From a virus (Duplodnaviria > Heunggongvirae > Uroviricota > Caudoviricetes): a DNA stretch of 42,470 nt. This document shows positions 1-8,554 of the stretch, piece after piece (within the stretch, counting starts at the first letter, position 1; the number at the start of each line of letters is the position of its first letter). The stretch is from IMG/VR virus record IMGVR_UViG_2909288124_000001; one strand, 5' to 3'. The notes under the pieces were generated by a model. That model did not search any database and was not told where the DNA came from. It saw only the letters and a list, made by a program, of their open reading frames with translations. The position numbers and the translations under genes are program-made.

Positions 1-1191
1 ATGGACGACAAACAATTGCAGGCTCTGGCTAACGAACTGGCCAAAAATCTCAAAACCCCTGAAGATCTCAGTCAGTTCGATCGCCTGCTCAAGAAAATCA
101 GTGTTGAGGCTGCTCTCAACGCTGAACTGACTCACCATCTGGGACATGAAAAAAATCAGCCCAAATCGGGAACCAACTCCCGTAATGGCTATTCCACGAA
201 AACCGTCACCACTACCGACGGGCCGATGGAATTACGTACTCCACGTGATCGTGATGGTTCCTTCGAACCACAACTGGTGAAGAAAAATCAGACCCGCATT
301 ACCGGCATGGACAACCAGATCCTGGCGCTGTATGCCAGAGGGATGACTACCCGCGAAATTACCTCAGTCTTCAAAGAAATGTACGATGCAGACGTCTCTC
401 CGGCGCTGATATCGAAAGTCACCGATGCCGCAATCGACCAGGTTGTAGAATGGCAAAACCGTCCTCTGGATGCGATTTATCCCATTGTTTATCTTGAATG
501 TATTGTCCTGAAAGTACGGCAGGACAGCCGGGTTATCAACAGAGCGGTGTTCCTGGCTCTGGGTATTAACCTTGATGGTCAGAAAGAGCTGCCAGGTATG
601 TGGCTGGCCGAAAATGAAGGTGCAAAGTTCTGGCTGAATGTACTGACGGAACTGAAAAATCGCGGGCTGAACGATATCCTTATCGCCTGTGTGGACGGCC
701 TGAAAGGCTTCCCGGAAGCGATTAATGCCGTCTACCCGGAGACGCAGATCCAGTTGTGCATAGTACACATGGCACGCAACAGCCTGCGGTTCTTGGCGTG
801 GAAAGACTATAAAGCGGTAACCCGTGACCTGAAACAGGTTTACCGCGCAGCCACGGAAGAAGGCGCGTTGCAGGCGCTGGATGCGTTCGGGAAGGAATGG
901 GATGCACGGTACCCGCAGATAAGTCGCAGCTGGCGGGCAAACTGGCCGAATGTTGCCACCTTCTTCGTGTATTCGGAGGCGATCCGCAAGGTTATCTACA
1001 CCACTAACGCAATCGAATCGCTGAATAGCGTCATCAGACATGCGATAAAGAAACGGAAAGTGTTCCCGATAGATGAATCGGTGAAAAAAGTGATGAGGCT
1101 GGCTATCCAGTCAGCCTCACAGAAATGGACGATGCCACTTCAGGACTGGCGGATAGCCATGAGTCGCTTTATTATCGAGTTCGGTGACTGA
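1..1191 (+). CDS. IS256-family (mutator-type) transposase
   Basis: 396-aa ORF from ATG at position 1; N-terminal motif ...AELTHHLGHEKNQPK... and overall layout typical of IS256-family transposases (recognised from memory, not searched). Confidence 0.85.
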   Translation: MDDKQLQALANELAKNLKTPEDLSQFDRLLKKISVEAALNAELTHHLGHEKNQPKSGTNSRNGYSTKTVTTTDGPMELRTPRDRDGSFEPQLVKKNQTRITGMDNQILALYARGMTTREITSVFKEMYDADVSPALISKVTDAAIDQVVEWQNRPLDAIYPIVYLECIVLKVRQDSRVINRAVFLALGINLDGQKELPGMWLAENEGAKFWLNVLTELKNRGLNDILIACVDGLKGFPEAINAVYPETQIQLCIVHMARNSLRFLAWKDYKAVTRDLKQVYRAATEEGALQALDAFGKEWDARYPQISRSWRANWPNVATFFVYSEAIRKVIYTTNAIESLNSVIRHAIKKRKVFPIDESVKKVMRLAIQSASQKWTMPLQDWRIAMSRFIIEFGD

Positions 1192-1192
1192 A
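1..1192 (+). mobile_element. IS256-family insertion sequence, partial (left IR off-window; right side abuts IS911-like end at 1193)
   Basis: Contains full-length IS256/mutator-type transposase ORF; IS3-family terminal sequence TGAAGTGGTCAACAAAAACTGG begins 2 bp after its stop, so the IS256-like right end appears truncated or directly abutted. Confidence 0.6.
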
Positions 1193-1704
<512 letters not shown>

Positions 1705-1727
1705 CTATTTCCCTGCCTCTCCTCCCC

Positions 1728-1761
1728 GAACCGGACGTGCACCTTTCAGCGCATCCGGCTC
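1728..1761 (-). ncRNA. Group II intron domain V (catalytic hairpin)
   Basis: Minus-strand sequence GAGCCGGATGCGCTGAAAGGTGCACGTCCGGTTC matches the 34-nt domain V consensus (GAGC...GNRA-like loop...GGUUC) and lies just 3' of the IEP stop. Confidence 0.65.
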
Positions 1762-1766
1762 TCCAT

Positions 1767-2648
1767 TTAAATGCTGGCGAACGCCATTGCCACTTCTGTA
1801 AAGCGCGATGTATACGTGTTTCTGGTCTCCGTCCTCAGATAGGGATTACCTTCGGGTAGCCGCCAGCGGAACAGCTTCTTGCCTTGCCCCACCAACCGGT
1901 ACAGTATTTCGCCGCTGAGCTTGCCGTGATTGGTTTTACCAAATAAAACCCACGTTTTGCTCTGACCCGGTTTCGGTGATTTACACCACCACCTCATCAG
2001 GGAAGCGATACCTGTACGGTATTTGCGGGCCAGCCAGTGAGCCAGCTTCCAGAACACGACACGGTCGATATAACTGAAGACTTTGGCCTTAAAATCAACG
2101 AACTGATAGAACATGGCCCAGCCTTTCAGTTTTCGGTTGAGTTGTTCAGCCATATCGACTTTGCTTTCACTGTAGTTGCCTGATAACAGTGCTGTCAGCG
2201 ATGCGGCGAAGTTTCTGGCTTTCTCCTGCGGGATCGTTGAGACCACTCGCATCTCGCCATAACGACTGCGTTTGCGAATGATCCTGTGCCCCAGAAAGAT
2301 AAAGCCGTCATTAACATGGGTGATTTTAGTCTTATCCATGTTCAGCCTGAGTTTCAGACTGCCTTCGAGCACACCCCGACACTCCTCCCTGATGGCTTCC
2401 GCCTGTGCTTTGGTGCCTTTGACGATGAGGACAAAATCATCGGCATAGCGGCAGTACGCCACCGCGGGTTTCCACTGCCAGTTTTCTCTGACCGCCGTAC
2501 TTCGGCCCCGTTGGATACTGTTATTCCAGTACCACCGATCTTTTCTGGCTTTCCCGCTCAGGTAGCGCTCATGCAGGTATTGATCGAACTCATTCAGCAT
2601 GATGTTCGATAATAGCGGCGATATAACACCGCCCTGTGGTACACCTTC
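1767..2648 (-). pseudogene. Group II intron reverse transcriptase/maturase, C-terminal fragment (RT domains 4-7 and X)
   Basis: GVPQGGVISPLLSNIML (RT domain 4) and YADDFVLIV (RT domain 5, YADD) motifs; continues upstream of the listed Met; N-terminal half is at 39616..40256. Confidence 0.8.
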
Positions 2649-2649
2649 A
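2644..2649. repeat. Target-site duplication CCTTCA, left copy (flanks prophage)
   Basis: Identical hexamer at 39610..39615; identity extends to 8 bp CACCTTCA (2642..2649 and 39608..39615) if 2 bp of each phage end are counted. Confidence 0.6.
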
Positions 2650-2727
2650 TGATGCGCCGCGCGATAAATGCACTCTATCTTGTGCGATAAATGGCATCCA
2701 CGCGGCGTTTCATTATTTGAAAAAGAA
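2650..2727. other. Prophage terminal region (Gin-proximal end) with candidate transposase-binding repeats
   Basis: Repeated GATAAATG motifs at 2663 and 2684 plus CGTTTCATTATTTGAAAAAG, reminiscent of Mu attR A-binding sites (CGTTTCACGATAAATGCGAAAA recalled from memory). Confidence 0.5.
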
Positions 2728-3300
2728 TTACATTTCAGGTTGCGTTATGACAGTCCCAACAGGGTGATAGCGGTAGATCGTTGACAGTCCAATATCATAG
2801 ATAATTGCCAGCCGCTTTCTGTCATACCCTTTCTGGAGCAATCTTGCGATCTGCTCATGCTGCTCCTTCGTCAGTTTCGGGCGACGTCCTCCAACTCTTC
2901 CTTGTGCTCGCGCAGCAGCCAGTCCAGCCAGCGTGCGCTCAACTATCAGTTCACGCTCCATTTCTGCCAGTGCACCCATCATATGAAAAAAGAACCTTCC
3001 CATCGGAGTGCTGGTATCGATTGAATCCGTCAGACTGCGAAAATTGACACCTTTTGCGCGTAGCTCTTCTGTGAGAGCAATGAGGTGTTTCATTCTTCTA
3101 CCCAACCGATCCAGCTTCCAGACCACCAATGTATCCCCTCTTTTAAGGCACTTTAAAGCGCGTTTCAGGCCTGGTCGTTCCGACTTGGTTCCGCTCATTT
3201 TGTCCTCAAAAATCTGTTCACATCCTGCGCACATTAATGCATTGCGTTGCAAATCTGTGTTTTGGTCATTTGTTGACACACGTATGTAGCCAATCAGCAT
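2728..3300 (-). CDS. gin: Serine DNA invertase (Gin/Cin/Pin/Hin family)
   Basis: From internal ATG at 3300 (RBS AAGGGAG upstream): MLIGYIRVSTNDQNTDLQRNAL...GDTLVVWKLDRLGR...ALAEMERELIVERT... closely matches Mu Gin as recalled; 190 aa; sits next to an invertible tail-fiber segment. Confidence 0.9.
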   Translation of the reverse strand: MLIGYIRVSTNDQNTDLQRNALMCAGCEQIFEDKMSGTKSERPGLKRALKCLKRGDTLVVWKLDRLGRRMKHLIALTEELRAKGVNFRSLTDSIDTSTPMGRFFFHMMGALAEMERELIVERTLAGLAAARAQGRVGGRRPKLTKEQHEQIARLLQKGYDRKRLAIIYDIGLSTIYRYHPVGTVITQPEM

Positions 3301-3354
3301 TAAAAATACTCCCTTTTGAGTGGTTAAAGTACTGAGATAATGTGGGGAGGATTT

Positions 3355-3380
3355 GAGAGATAAACGTTGGTTTGGGGGAA
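3355..3380. other. gix/hix-like recombination site A (GAGAGATAAACG-TT-GGTTTGGGGGAA)
   Basis: Hin/Gin-type architecture (AAAC-NN-GGTTT core); homology with the fiber-gene site starts exactly at the central TT; crossover would keep the fiber reading frame. Confidence 0.5.
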
Positions 3381-3800
3381 GGCTCGGCGCTGCCCGTTGG
3401 TGTACCTGTTCCGTGGCCCACTGCCACACCGCCAGCAGGCTGGTTAAAGTGCGACGGGCGCGCCTTTACAAAAGAACAATATCCTGTTCTGGCCAGAGTC
3501 TACCCGACCCTCCGTCTTCCCGATTTACGCGGTGAGTTTATCCGTGGATGGGACGACGGGCGAAAAGTGGATACAGGGCGCGATCTGCTTTCACGGCAGG
3601 ATGGTACAAGTTTTTCTCATTACGCAGGTAATTTTGACATTGGGTCTGGTCATTCAATCAATAACTATGACCAAATCGTTGACAACCAACCTGGATTCTC
3701 CCGTTTTTCATTTGCAGGTCCTTCGCTAGGCGATGGGGTTAATTATGTGACCATTCGTCCCCGTAACATTGCGTTTAATTACATCGTAAGGGCGGCATAG
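3369..3800 (+). CDS. Silent alternative tail-fiber C-terminal cassette A (collar-like domain plus variable tip; no start codon of its own)
   Basis: Encodes LGEGSALPVGVPVPWPTATPPAGWLKCDGRAFTKEQYPVLARVYPTLRLPDLRGEFIRGWDDGRKVDTGR... ending RPRNIAFNYIVRAA; in frame from crossover site A. Confidence 0.7.
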   Translation, partial: GLGEGSALPVGVPVPWPTATPPAGWLKCDGRAFTKEQYPVLARVYPTLRLPDLRGEFIRGWDDGRKVDTGRDLLSRQDGTSFSHYAGNFDIGSGHSINNYDQIVDNQPGFSRFSFAGPSLGDGVNYVTIRPRNIAFNYIVRAA

Positions 3801-3819
3801 AAACGTTGGTTTAGGAGAA
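3794..3819. other. gix/hix-like recombination site B (CATAGAAACG-TT-GGTTTAGGAGAA)
   Basis: Second direct copy of the site, 17/19 identical to site A core; followed by a second about 215-bp copy of the collar-domain repeat. Confidence 0.45.
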
Positions 3820-4323
3820 GGCTCGGCGCTACCCGTTGGTGTACCTGTTCCGTGGCCCACCGCCACACCGCCAGCAGGCTGGTTAAAGTGCGACGGGCGC
3901 GCCTTTACAAAAGAACAATATCCTGTTCTGGCCAGAGTCTACCCGACCCTCCGTCTTCCCGATTTACGCGGTGAGTTTATCCGTGGATGGGACGACGGGC
4001 GCAAAGTTGATACAGGACGTAAGTTGCTGTCCGCACAAGGGGCAACGCTGTTAAGAACAGCAATGCTGGATTATTATAACCAGGACACTACGGGAACCTC
4101 GGGGATAGTCGGCATGGGATTCAACAATGAAGATTCCATTACAGACCTTCGTGAGGGCAGCTTTAAAATGCCGGACGGGACAACATTCAGTAATCCTGCC
4201 ATGGCAATGTCAGACAATGGTATGCAGGCTACTATTCTGACCTCTATCAGAAGCGGGTATGCGAAGGGTATCACTGTCAGACCCCGTAGCATTGCACTTA
4301 ATTACATTGTGAGGGCAGTTTAA
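3808..4323 (+). CDS. Silent alternative tail-fiber C-terminal cassette B (collar-like domain plus distinct variable tip)
   Basis: Open frame from site B: same collar-domain sequence then ...KLLSAQGATLLRTAMLDYYNQDTTG...GITVRPRSIALNYIVRAV; immediately followed by a tail fiber assembly gene. Confidence 0.7.
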   Translation, partial: GLGEGSALPVGVPVPWPTATPPAGWLKCDGRAFTKEQYPVLARVYPTLRLPDLRGEFIRGWDDGRKVDTGRKLLSAQGATLLRTAMLDYYNQDTTGTSGIVGMGFNNEDSITDLREGSFKMPDGTTFSNPAMAMSDNGMQATILTSIRSGYAKGITVRPRSIALNYIVRAV

Positions 4324-4937
4324 TGAGTAACACTGCAGTTCTGGATGAAAACGGTATCGCCACTGTAGCGGGCGATATCACTGTATATCACTATGACGAG
4401 GAAACCCGGGAATACACCTCATCCTCTGTGGAGTATCTCGCCCTTGGGGTGGGTACTCCGGCACATTCGTGCGCCGATGCACCGCCGGAAGCAATTTCGG
4501 GTTACGTGGTTTGCCGGACTGCCACGCTGAACGGGTGGGAGCATGTGCCTGATCACCGCGGCGAGACGGTATACAGCACGGAGAACGGTAACCCCGTTCT
4601 GATTACCCAACCGGGTGATTACCCGGCGGACACCACCACAAAACAGCCAGCCACGCCATGGGATACCTGGAACGGTGAGGCGTGGGTAACCGATACTGAA
4701 CGGCAGCGAGCCGCAGAACTGGAGGTTGCCAGACAGCAACGCCAGCAACGGGTGAAACAGGCGATGGCGTCCGTCGATCTTATCAACCTCAAACTGCGTG
4801 CTGGTCGCAGTCTGAAACCAGAAGAAACGGCAAAACTGAACGCCGTGCTGGATTATATCGACGAGCTGAACGCACTGGATATCAGCAAGGCACCTGAAAT
4901 CAGCTGGCCGGAAGCGCCACTGGCGCTTGCCGGCTGA
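4323..4937 (+). CDS. Tail fiber assembly protein (Tfa / Mu U / P2 G family)
   Basis: 204 aa; motifs WEHVPDHRGETVY, TWNGEAWVTDTE, APEISWPEAP parallel lambda Tfa as recalled; located inside the invertible segment, currently opposite in orientation to the expressed fiber gene. Confidence 0.85.
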   Translation: MSNTAVLDENGIATVAGDITVYHYDEETREYTSSSVEYLALGVGTPAHSCADAPPEAISGYVVCRTATLNGWEHVPDHRGETVYSTENGNPVLITQPGDYPADTTTKQPATPWDTWNGEAWVTDTERQRAAELEVARQQRQQRVKQAMASVDLINLKLRAGRSLKPEETAKLNAVLDYIDELNALDISKAPEISWPEAPLALAG

Positions 4938-4943
4938 ACGGTA

Positions 4944-5894
4944 TCACGCCGCCCTCACGATATAGTTAAATGCGATATTGCGGGGGCGAGCTGATACATA
5001 AGCCCACCAGTCATATCTTTGTGCACCTTTAGAGGATGCATCAAATATCCACTTTTTGCCATTTAAGACCCCCAGTTGATTAGAGGTTAAAGCGTCACCA
5101 AATCCGTATTGTGTAGAGCCGAGCGAACTGATATCTCCGGTATCATTATCATCAAAACCGGATACGATAGTCCCTTCCTGAAATGAAAGTAGCGCACGCC
5201 CGGTATCAACCTTGCGACCACCGTCCCATCCACGGATAAACTCACCGCGCAAATCGGGAAGACGGAGGGTCGGGTAGACTCTGGCCAGAACAGGATATTG
5301 TTCTTTGGTGAACGTAGCTCCGTTGCACTGTAACCAGCCTGCTGGCGGTGTGGCGGTGGGCCATGGAACCGGTACACCAACAGGCAATGCAGAGCCTTCC
5401 CCCAAACCAAGGTAATTGAGGACATCTTTTATACTGCCCTTAGCGATAATAGCGCGACCAATAGCTGTAAGGGTTGCCAGCGCTGCGCGGTCTGCTCCGG
5501 TAAAATAAGGCAACCGATCTGCTGCAGTGGCAAGTCCTGCCAGAGCAGTGAGCGTGGCATCTGCCGGTTGTTTTCCGTTTGCCAGGTCGTATGCAGCCTT
5601 GACCGCTTTTGGTGTGGCGGCCAGCGTTTCAGAGGTGCTGTTGGTGGCACTGCTCAGTTGGGTGAACCCCTTAGCTGTCAGTGTCGCGTCCGGGTGGTTA
5701 CGGGAACGTACGTGTTCAGCCAGTGACTGTGCGGCTTCCTCCGTTTTCTTCTTCAGCCATTTCGTCCTGTTTGCCAGTTGCCGGGGGGCTCGATTTGATA
5801 TCCCGTCTGCGCCACCCAGAACCGGATCTGATGTCTCCAGTTGATAGATATTTTCTTCCCACTTTTCTGTTTCATTCAGGTTTCCCATAATCAA
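4944..5894 (-). CDS. Tail fiber protein (constant N-terminal part plus currently joined variable C-terminal cassette F)
   Basis: 316 aa; last gene of the minus-strand tail operon; contains an inverted copy of the collar-domain repeat and ends in RPRNIAFNYIVRAA. Confidence 0.85.
   Translation of the reverse strand: MIMGNLNETEKWEENIYQLETSDPVLGGADGISNRAPRQLANRTKWLKKKTEEAAQSLAEHVRSRNHPDATLTAKGFTQLSSATNSTSETLAATPKAVKAAYDLANGKQPADATLTALAGLATAADRLPYFTGADRAALATLTAIGRAIIAKGSIKDVLNYLGLGEGSALPVGVPVPWPTATPPAGWLQCNGATFTKEQYPVLARVYPTLRLPDLRGEFIRGWDGGRKVDTGRALLSFQEGTIVSGFDDNDTGDISSLGSTQYGFGDALTSNQLGVLNGKKWIFDASSKGAQRYDWWAYVSARPRNIAFNYIVRAA
5397..5422. other. gix/hix-like recombination site F inside the tail fiber gene (inverted relative to sites A and B)
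   Basis: Fiber-strand sequence CTCAATTACC-TT-GGTTTGGGGGAAGG; right half-site and downstream identical to site A, left half-site unrelated; TT falls on codon positions 2-3 of Leu in ...NYLGLGEG... Confidence 0.5.
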
Positions 5895-6469
5895 CTGCTC
5901 CCGTGGTTATAACTGCCATCATGGATGGCGGTATTGTTATAGCGAATGGCCACAGACTGATACTCCAGGCTGGCCAGATGGCAGCGGGCCGGTGCAAATG
6001 CAGCCAGCGTCTGACGCAGCATCGCGGCCTGATCGTTAGTAATGGGCTGTTTCAGAATAACGCGATAAACTGCCCAGGCGGCTGCATCTCCATGAACAAA
6101 CAGTCCGTTATAGCTGCGATTGCCGTCGTAACTGAGACGACCTGTGCCTTCAATCAGATCCACTTCACCAAAGCCAAAACGGCGGATAACTTCCCGGATT
6201 GACCACGGCGTCCCTTTATACCGGTGCAGTTCGATGGCTGCTTTTATAAGCATGCGGCGAACATCGTCCGATTCCGCCAGCTCCCAGCCATCGCCAGACA
6301 GTGAGAACTGCTCGCCCAGCCATGGCAGCGCGGAACTGTCGACGATATCGACGAGAAAGACCATCAGTACGCTCAGGTCGATGTTATCCAGCCGTCCTGC
6401 CAGTCTTCCCAGCGTCCTGAGACTGATATCACCCTCAAGCGGTGGCGGGAGTTGTAATGGCTCAGTCAT
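5891..6469 (-). CDS. Baseplate/tail protein, P2 gpI-like
   Basis: 192 aa, position between gpJ-like and tail fiber genes, consistent with P2 gpI / Mu gp48 (assignment by synteny and size). Confidence 0.65.
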   Translation of the reverse strand: MTEPLQLPPPLEGDISLRTLGRLAGRLDNIDLSVLMVFLVDIVDSSALPWLGEQFSLSGDGWELAESDDVRRMLIKAAIELHRYKGTPWSIREVIRRFGFGEVDLIEGTGRLSYDGNRSYNGLFVHGDAAAWAVYRVILKQPITNDQAAMLRQTLAAFAPARCHLASLEYQSVAIRYNNTAIHDGSYNHGSS

Positions 6470-7565
6470 CAGACACTCCAGTCATGTTAAGAGTGATTGC
6501 CGTACAGTTTGCCCATTCGTTTTCTGCCACCACCCGCAGTGCCGGTGTCACCAGTTCAACCTGGTACACCCCGGAAACGGACAATGCACTGATAATCTGG
6601 CTGGGGACAATATCGCGCCCCAGCGTGGCGGCACGTGATGCCACCCAGTTCTGTATGGCGCTGTTAGCGGCATCTTTTACAGACCTGGCATCCTGATCAC
6701 GATAGATCGTAATCCTGGCTTCAATGGTGTAATCCACCTTCACTGGTGTTTTAGCCCGCACTGTATCAGTGAGTGGCCTGACTTTCTCATCAGAGCAGAA
6801 ACTCTCTACCAGCGTGAGAACACCGCCGTCCGGCAGACCGGTACTGAGCAGCGGATACAGATCTACGGTCCCGGGAACCGGGGAAAGCACAGCAACATCG
6901 ACAATGTTGGGATGGGCCTGCATGGCATGAAAGCGGTATGCGCCACGGCTTCCGGCATTGGTGAATGACTCCGGGGCCAGCCTGATACGCTCCCGGAGCC
7001 TGTCATCGTCTTCCTGTTCTGAACCGCCGGAACTGGCCGTCAGATTGCTCACCAGCAGGTCGACGTTATCAATCTCATCGAGTAACTGACTGACCTGCGC
7101 AGGTTGCCAGCCGTTACCAGCGGTACCGGGTTCGGTACAGGTGGACGTGACATTGACCAGCAGCAATCCGGCCTTCAGTACCACATCTGTATCGGTGGCA
7201 AAAATAACGCTGTCGGAAGCGCTGACGCGGGTGCCTGCCGGGATCAGCACATCAATGGCCAGTGCCTCATCTACGGAGAACTGGAGCGTGGTAGTGGCAG
7301 GCTGCGCGGCAAGACGGTATACACCGACCAGTTCACCGAGGTAATCAATCATCGGCTCACGGGCAAAGGCGACCAGATTCTGCTTTGCTGCCTCCTGTAC
7401 CGCAACCCTGACCAGCATTTCGCGATAGGCCCACAGATCAATCAGCAGACGTTCTGCCTGTGCCGGGTACAGCGTTTTGCCGGTATCCGCTTCATACTTC
7501 GCAATCATTTCTGCCGTGATTTTGTCGGCATCGCGTTCAATAAAATCGGGTTCTGTCAGCGCCAT
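6462..7565 (-). CDS. Baseplate protein J-like (P2 gpJ / Mu gp47)
   Basis: 367 aa ORF in conserved W-J-I order upstream of the fiber gene. Confidence 0.75.
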   Translation of the reverse strand: MALTEPDFIERDADKITAEMIAKYEADTGKTLYPAQAERLLIDLWAYREMLVRVAVQEAAKQNLVAFAREPMIDYLGELVGVYRLAAQPATTTLQFSVDEALAIDVLIPAGTRVSASDSVIFATDTDVVLKAGLLLVNVTSTCTEPGTAGNGWQPAQVSQLLDEIDNVDLLVSNLTASSGGSEQEDDDRLRERIRLAPESFTNAGSRGAYRFHAMQAHPNIVDVAVLSPVPGTVDLYPLLSTGLPDGGVLTLVESFCSDEKVRPLTDTVRAKTPVKVDYTIEARITIYRDQDARSVKDAANSAIQNWVASRAATLGRDIVPSQIISALSVSGVYQVELVTPALRVVAENEWANCTAITLNMTGVSDD

Positions 7566-7903
7566 AGCAGCTCCTGAGTCCGGGTCTGTCCGTCTGAGCC
7601 TTTCCAGCTCACCCGGAGCGTAAGATGTTCGCCGTCGACGGCGGGTTTAACTGACATAAGCTGGCAGCGGGGCTCCCAGCGCCGGATGGCATCGACGGAT
7701 TCGCGCACCACATGCGGAATGGCCCGGTCTACAGGCCAGTCGATATAAAGATGCAGATTGCTGCCGAACTCCGGGCGATGCGGGTCGCTGCCGCGGGGAG
7801 TCCGCAGGATAATTTGAATCGCCTGCCGGATATCATCCAGCCCCCGGACAATTTCGCCGGGAGCCTGCAGGGCTGGTTGCCAGAATACTGAGGTTGTTTT
7901 CAT
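7556..7903 (-). CDS. Baseplate protein W (gpW / T4 gp25-like)
   Basis: 115 aa ORF overlapping the gpJ-like start; size and position typical of the GPW_gp25 family. Confidence 0.7.
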   Translation of the reverse strand: MKTTSVFWQPALQAPGEIVRGLDDIRQAIQIILRTPRGSDPHRPEFGSNLHLYIDWPVDRAIPHVVRESVDAIRRWEPRCQLMSVKPAVDGEHLTLRVSWKGSDGQTRTQELLWR

Positions 7904-7957
7904 GGGGGCAGTATTGCCCCCGTGCGGGAACGCTGATATTAAAGGCGTTTAAAAAGC

Positions 7958-8554
7958 TCAGTGGGAGTGGTGGCTGGAGTTTTCGCCATCAGACAACATA
8001 CTGCCCGTGGCATGGGCATTCCCTTTAATCTCGATATTGCCATGGATGGTCGCGGTAACACCTTCACCACCAGAACCCGCCATGCCTCCTTCGTAAATCA
8101 GCTTCCCCCTGACACGCAGATCTCCGGTAAGTTCGGTTTCCGGTGCGTCAATCGTGGCTTTCTGTGTTTTCAATACCACATCAGCACCACACTCAATGAC
8201 AATATGCTCAATGCCGCCCCGGATGATCAGAGTGTGCGTCTTCCGGTTGTAGCTGTACTCTGCACCATCAGCAAACCGGGTTCCCCGGATATTTTTGTCA
8301 CTGAACGGTGGTTTATCGACGTCTGAATACACCGCGCCCAGAATAACACCATCCTCGCCGTTGGCATCGAGCAGCACCTCAACCTGCTCCCCCACGTCAG
8401 GGAGCCAGTAATCTTTGTTATCCTGGGTATTGCGCTGCAGCACGTTAAGCCAGTTTGTGCGCAGGTTATCGCATTCAGGCAGACGAACGCGGGCCTGAAC
8501 CCTGTCGGCATCAACGGCACTGACCGTACCGACCTGACGAGTGACACCAGTCAT
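7958..8554 (-). CDS. Baseplate spike protein V-like (P2 gpV / Mu gp45)
   Basis: 198 aa, Gly-rich C-terminus, follows gpD-like gene. Confidence 0.75.
   Translation of the reverse strand: MTGVTRQVGTVSAVDADRVQARVRLPECDNLRTNWLNVLQRNTQDNKDYWLPDVGEQVEVLLDANGEDGVILGAVYSDVDKPPFSDKNIRGTRFADGAEYSYNRKTHTLIIRGGIEHIVIECGADVVLKTQKATIDAPETELTGDLRVRGKLIYEGGMAGSGGEGVTATIHGNIEIKGNAHATGSMLSDGENSSHHSH

Noticed and set aside
364-1041. 225-aa minus-strand ORF inside the IS256-family transposase gene
   Set aside because: Entirely antisense to a well-supported transposase CDS; no independent features; typical spurious antisense ORF.
2642-2649. 8-bp identical flanks considered as an att core of an integrase-mediated insertion
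   Set aside because: No tyrosine or serine integrase adjacent to either end (the only serine recombinase is a Gin-type invertase tied to the fiber switch); element has a DDE transposase, B-like ATPase and Mu-like termini, so a target-site duplication is the better explanation.
2601-2744. Apparent N-terminal extension of the intron RT ORF beyond the GVPQGG motif
   Set aside because: Reading frame runs by chance from prophage terminal DNA across the insertion junction at 2649/2650; residues upstream of ...EG are phage-end sequence, not intron.
3353-5425. Possible CRISPR array or other short-repeat array suggested by repeated sequence blocks
   Set aside because: Repeats are about 200-bp protein-coding collar-domain copies in inverted and direct orientation with gix-like sites, not short repeat-spacer units; no cas genes.
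5087-5890. Several 69-112 aa ORFs on both strands overlapping the tail fiber gene
   Set aside because: Alternative-frame and antisense ORFs within a strongly supported fiber CDS; no start signals or homology.
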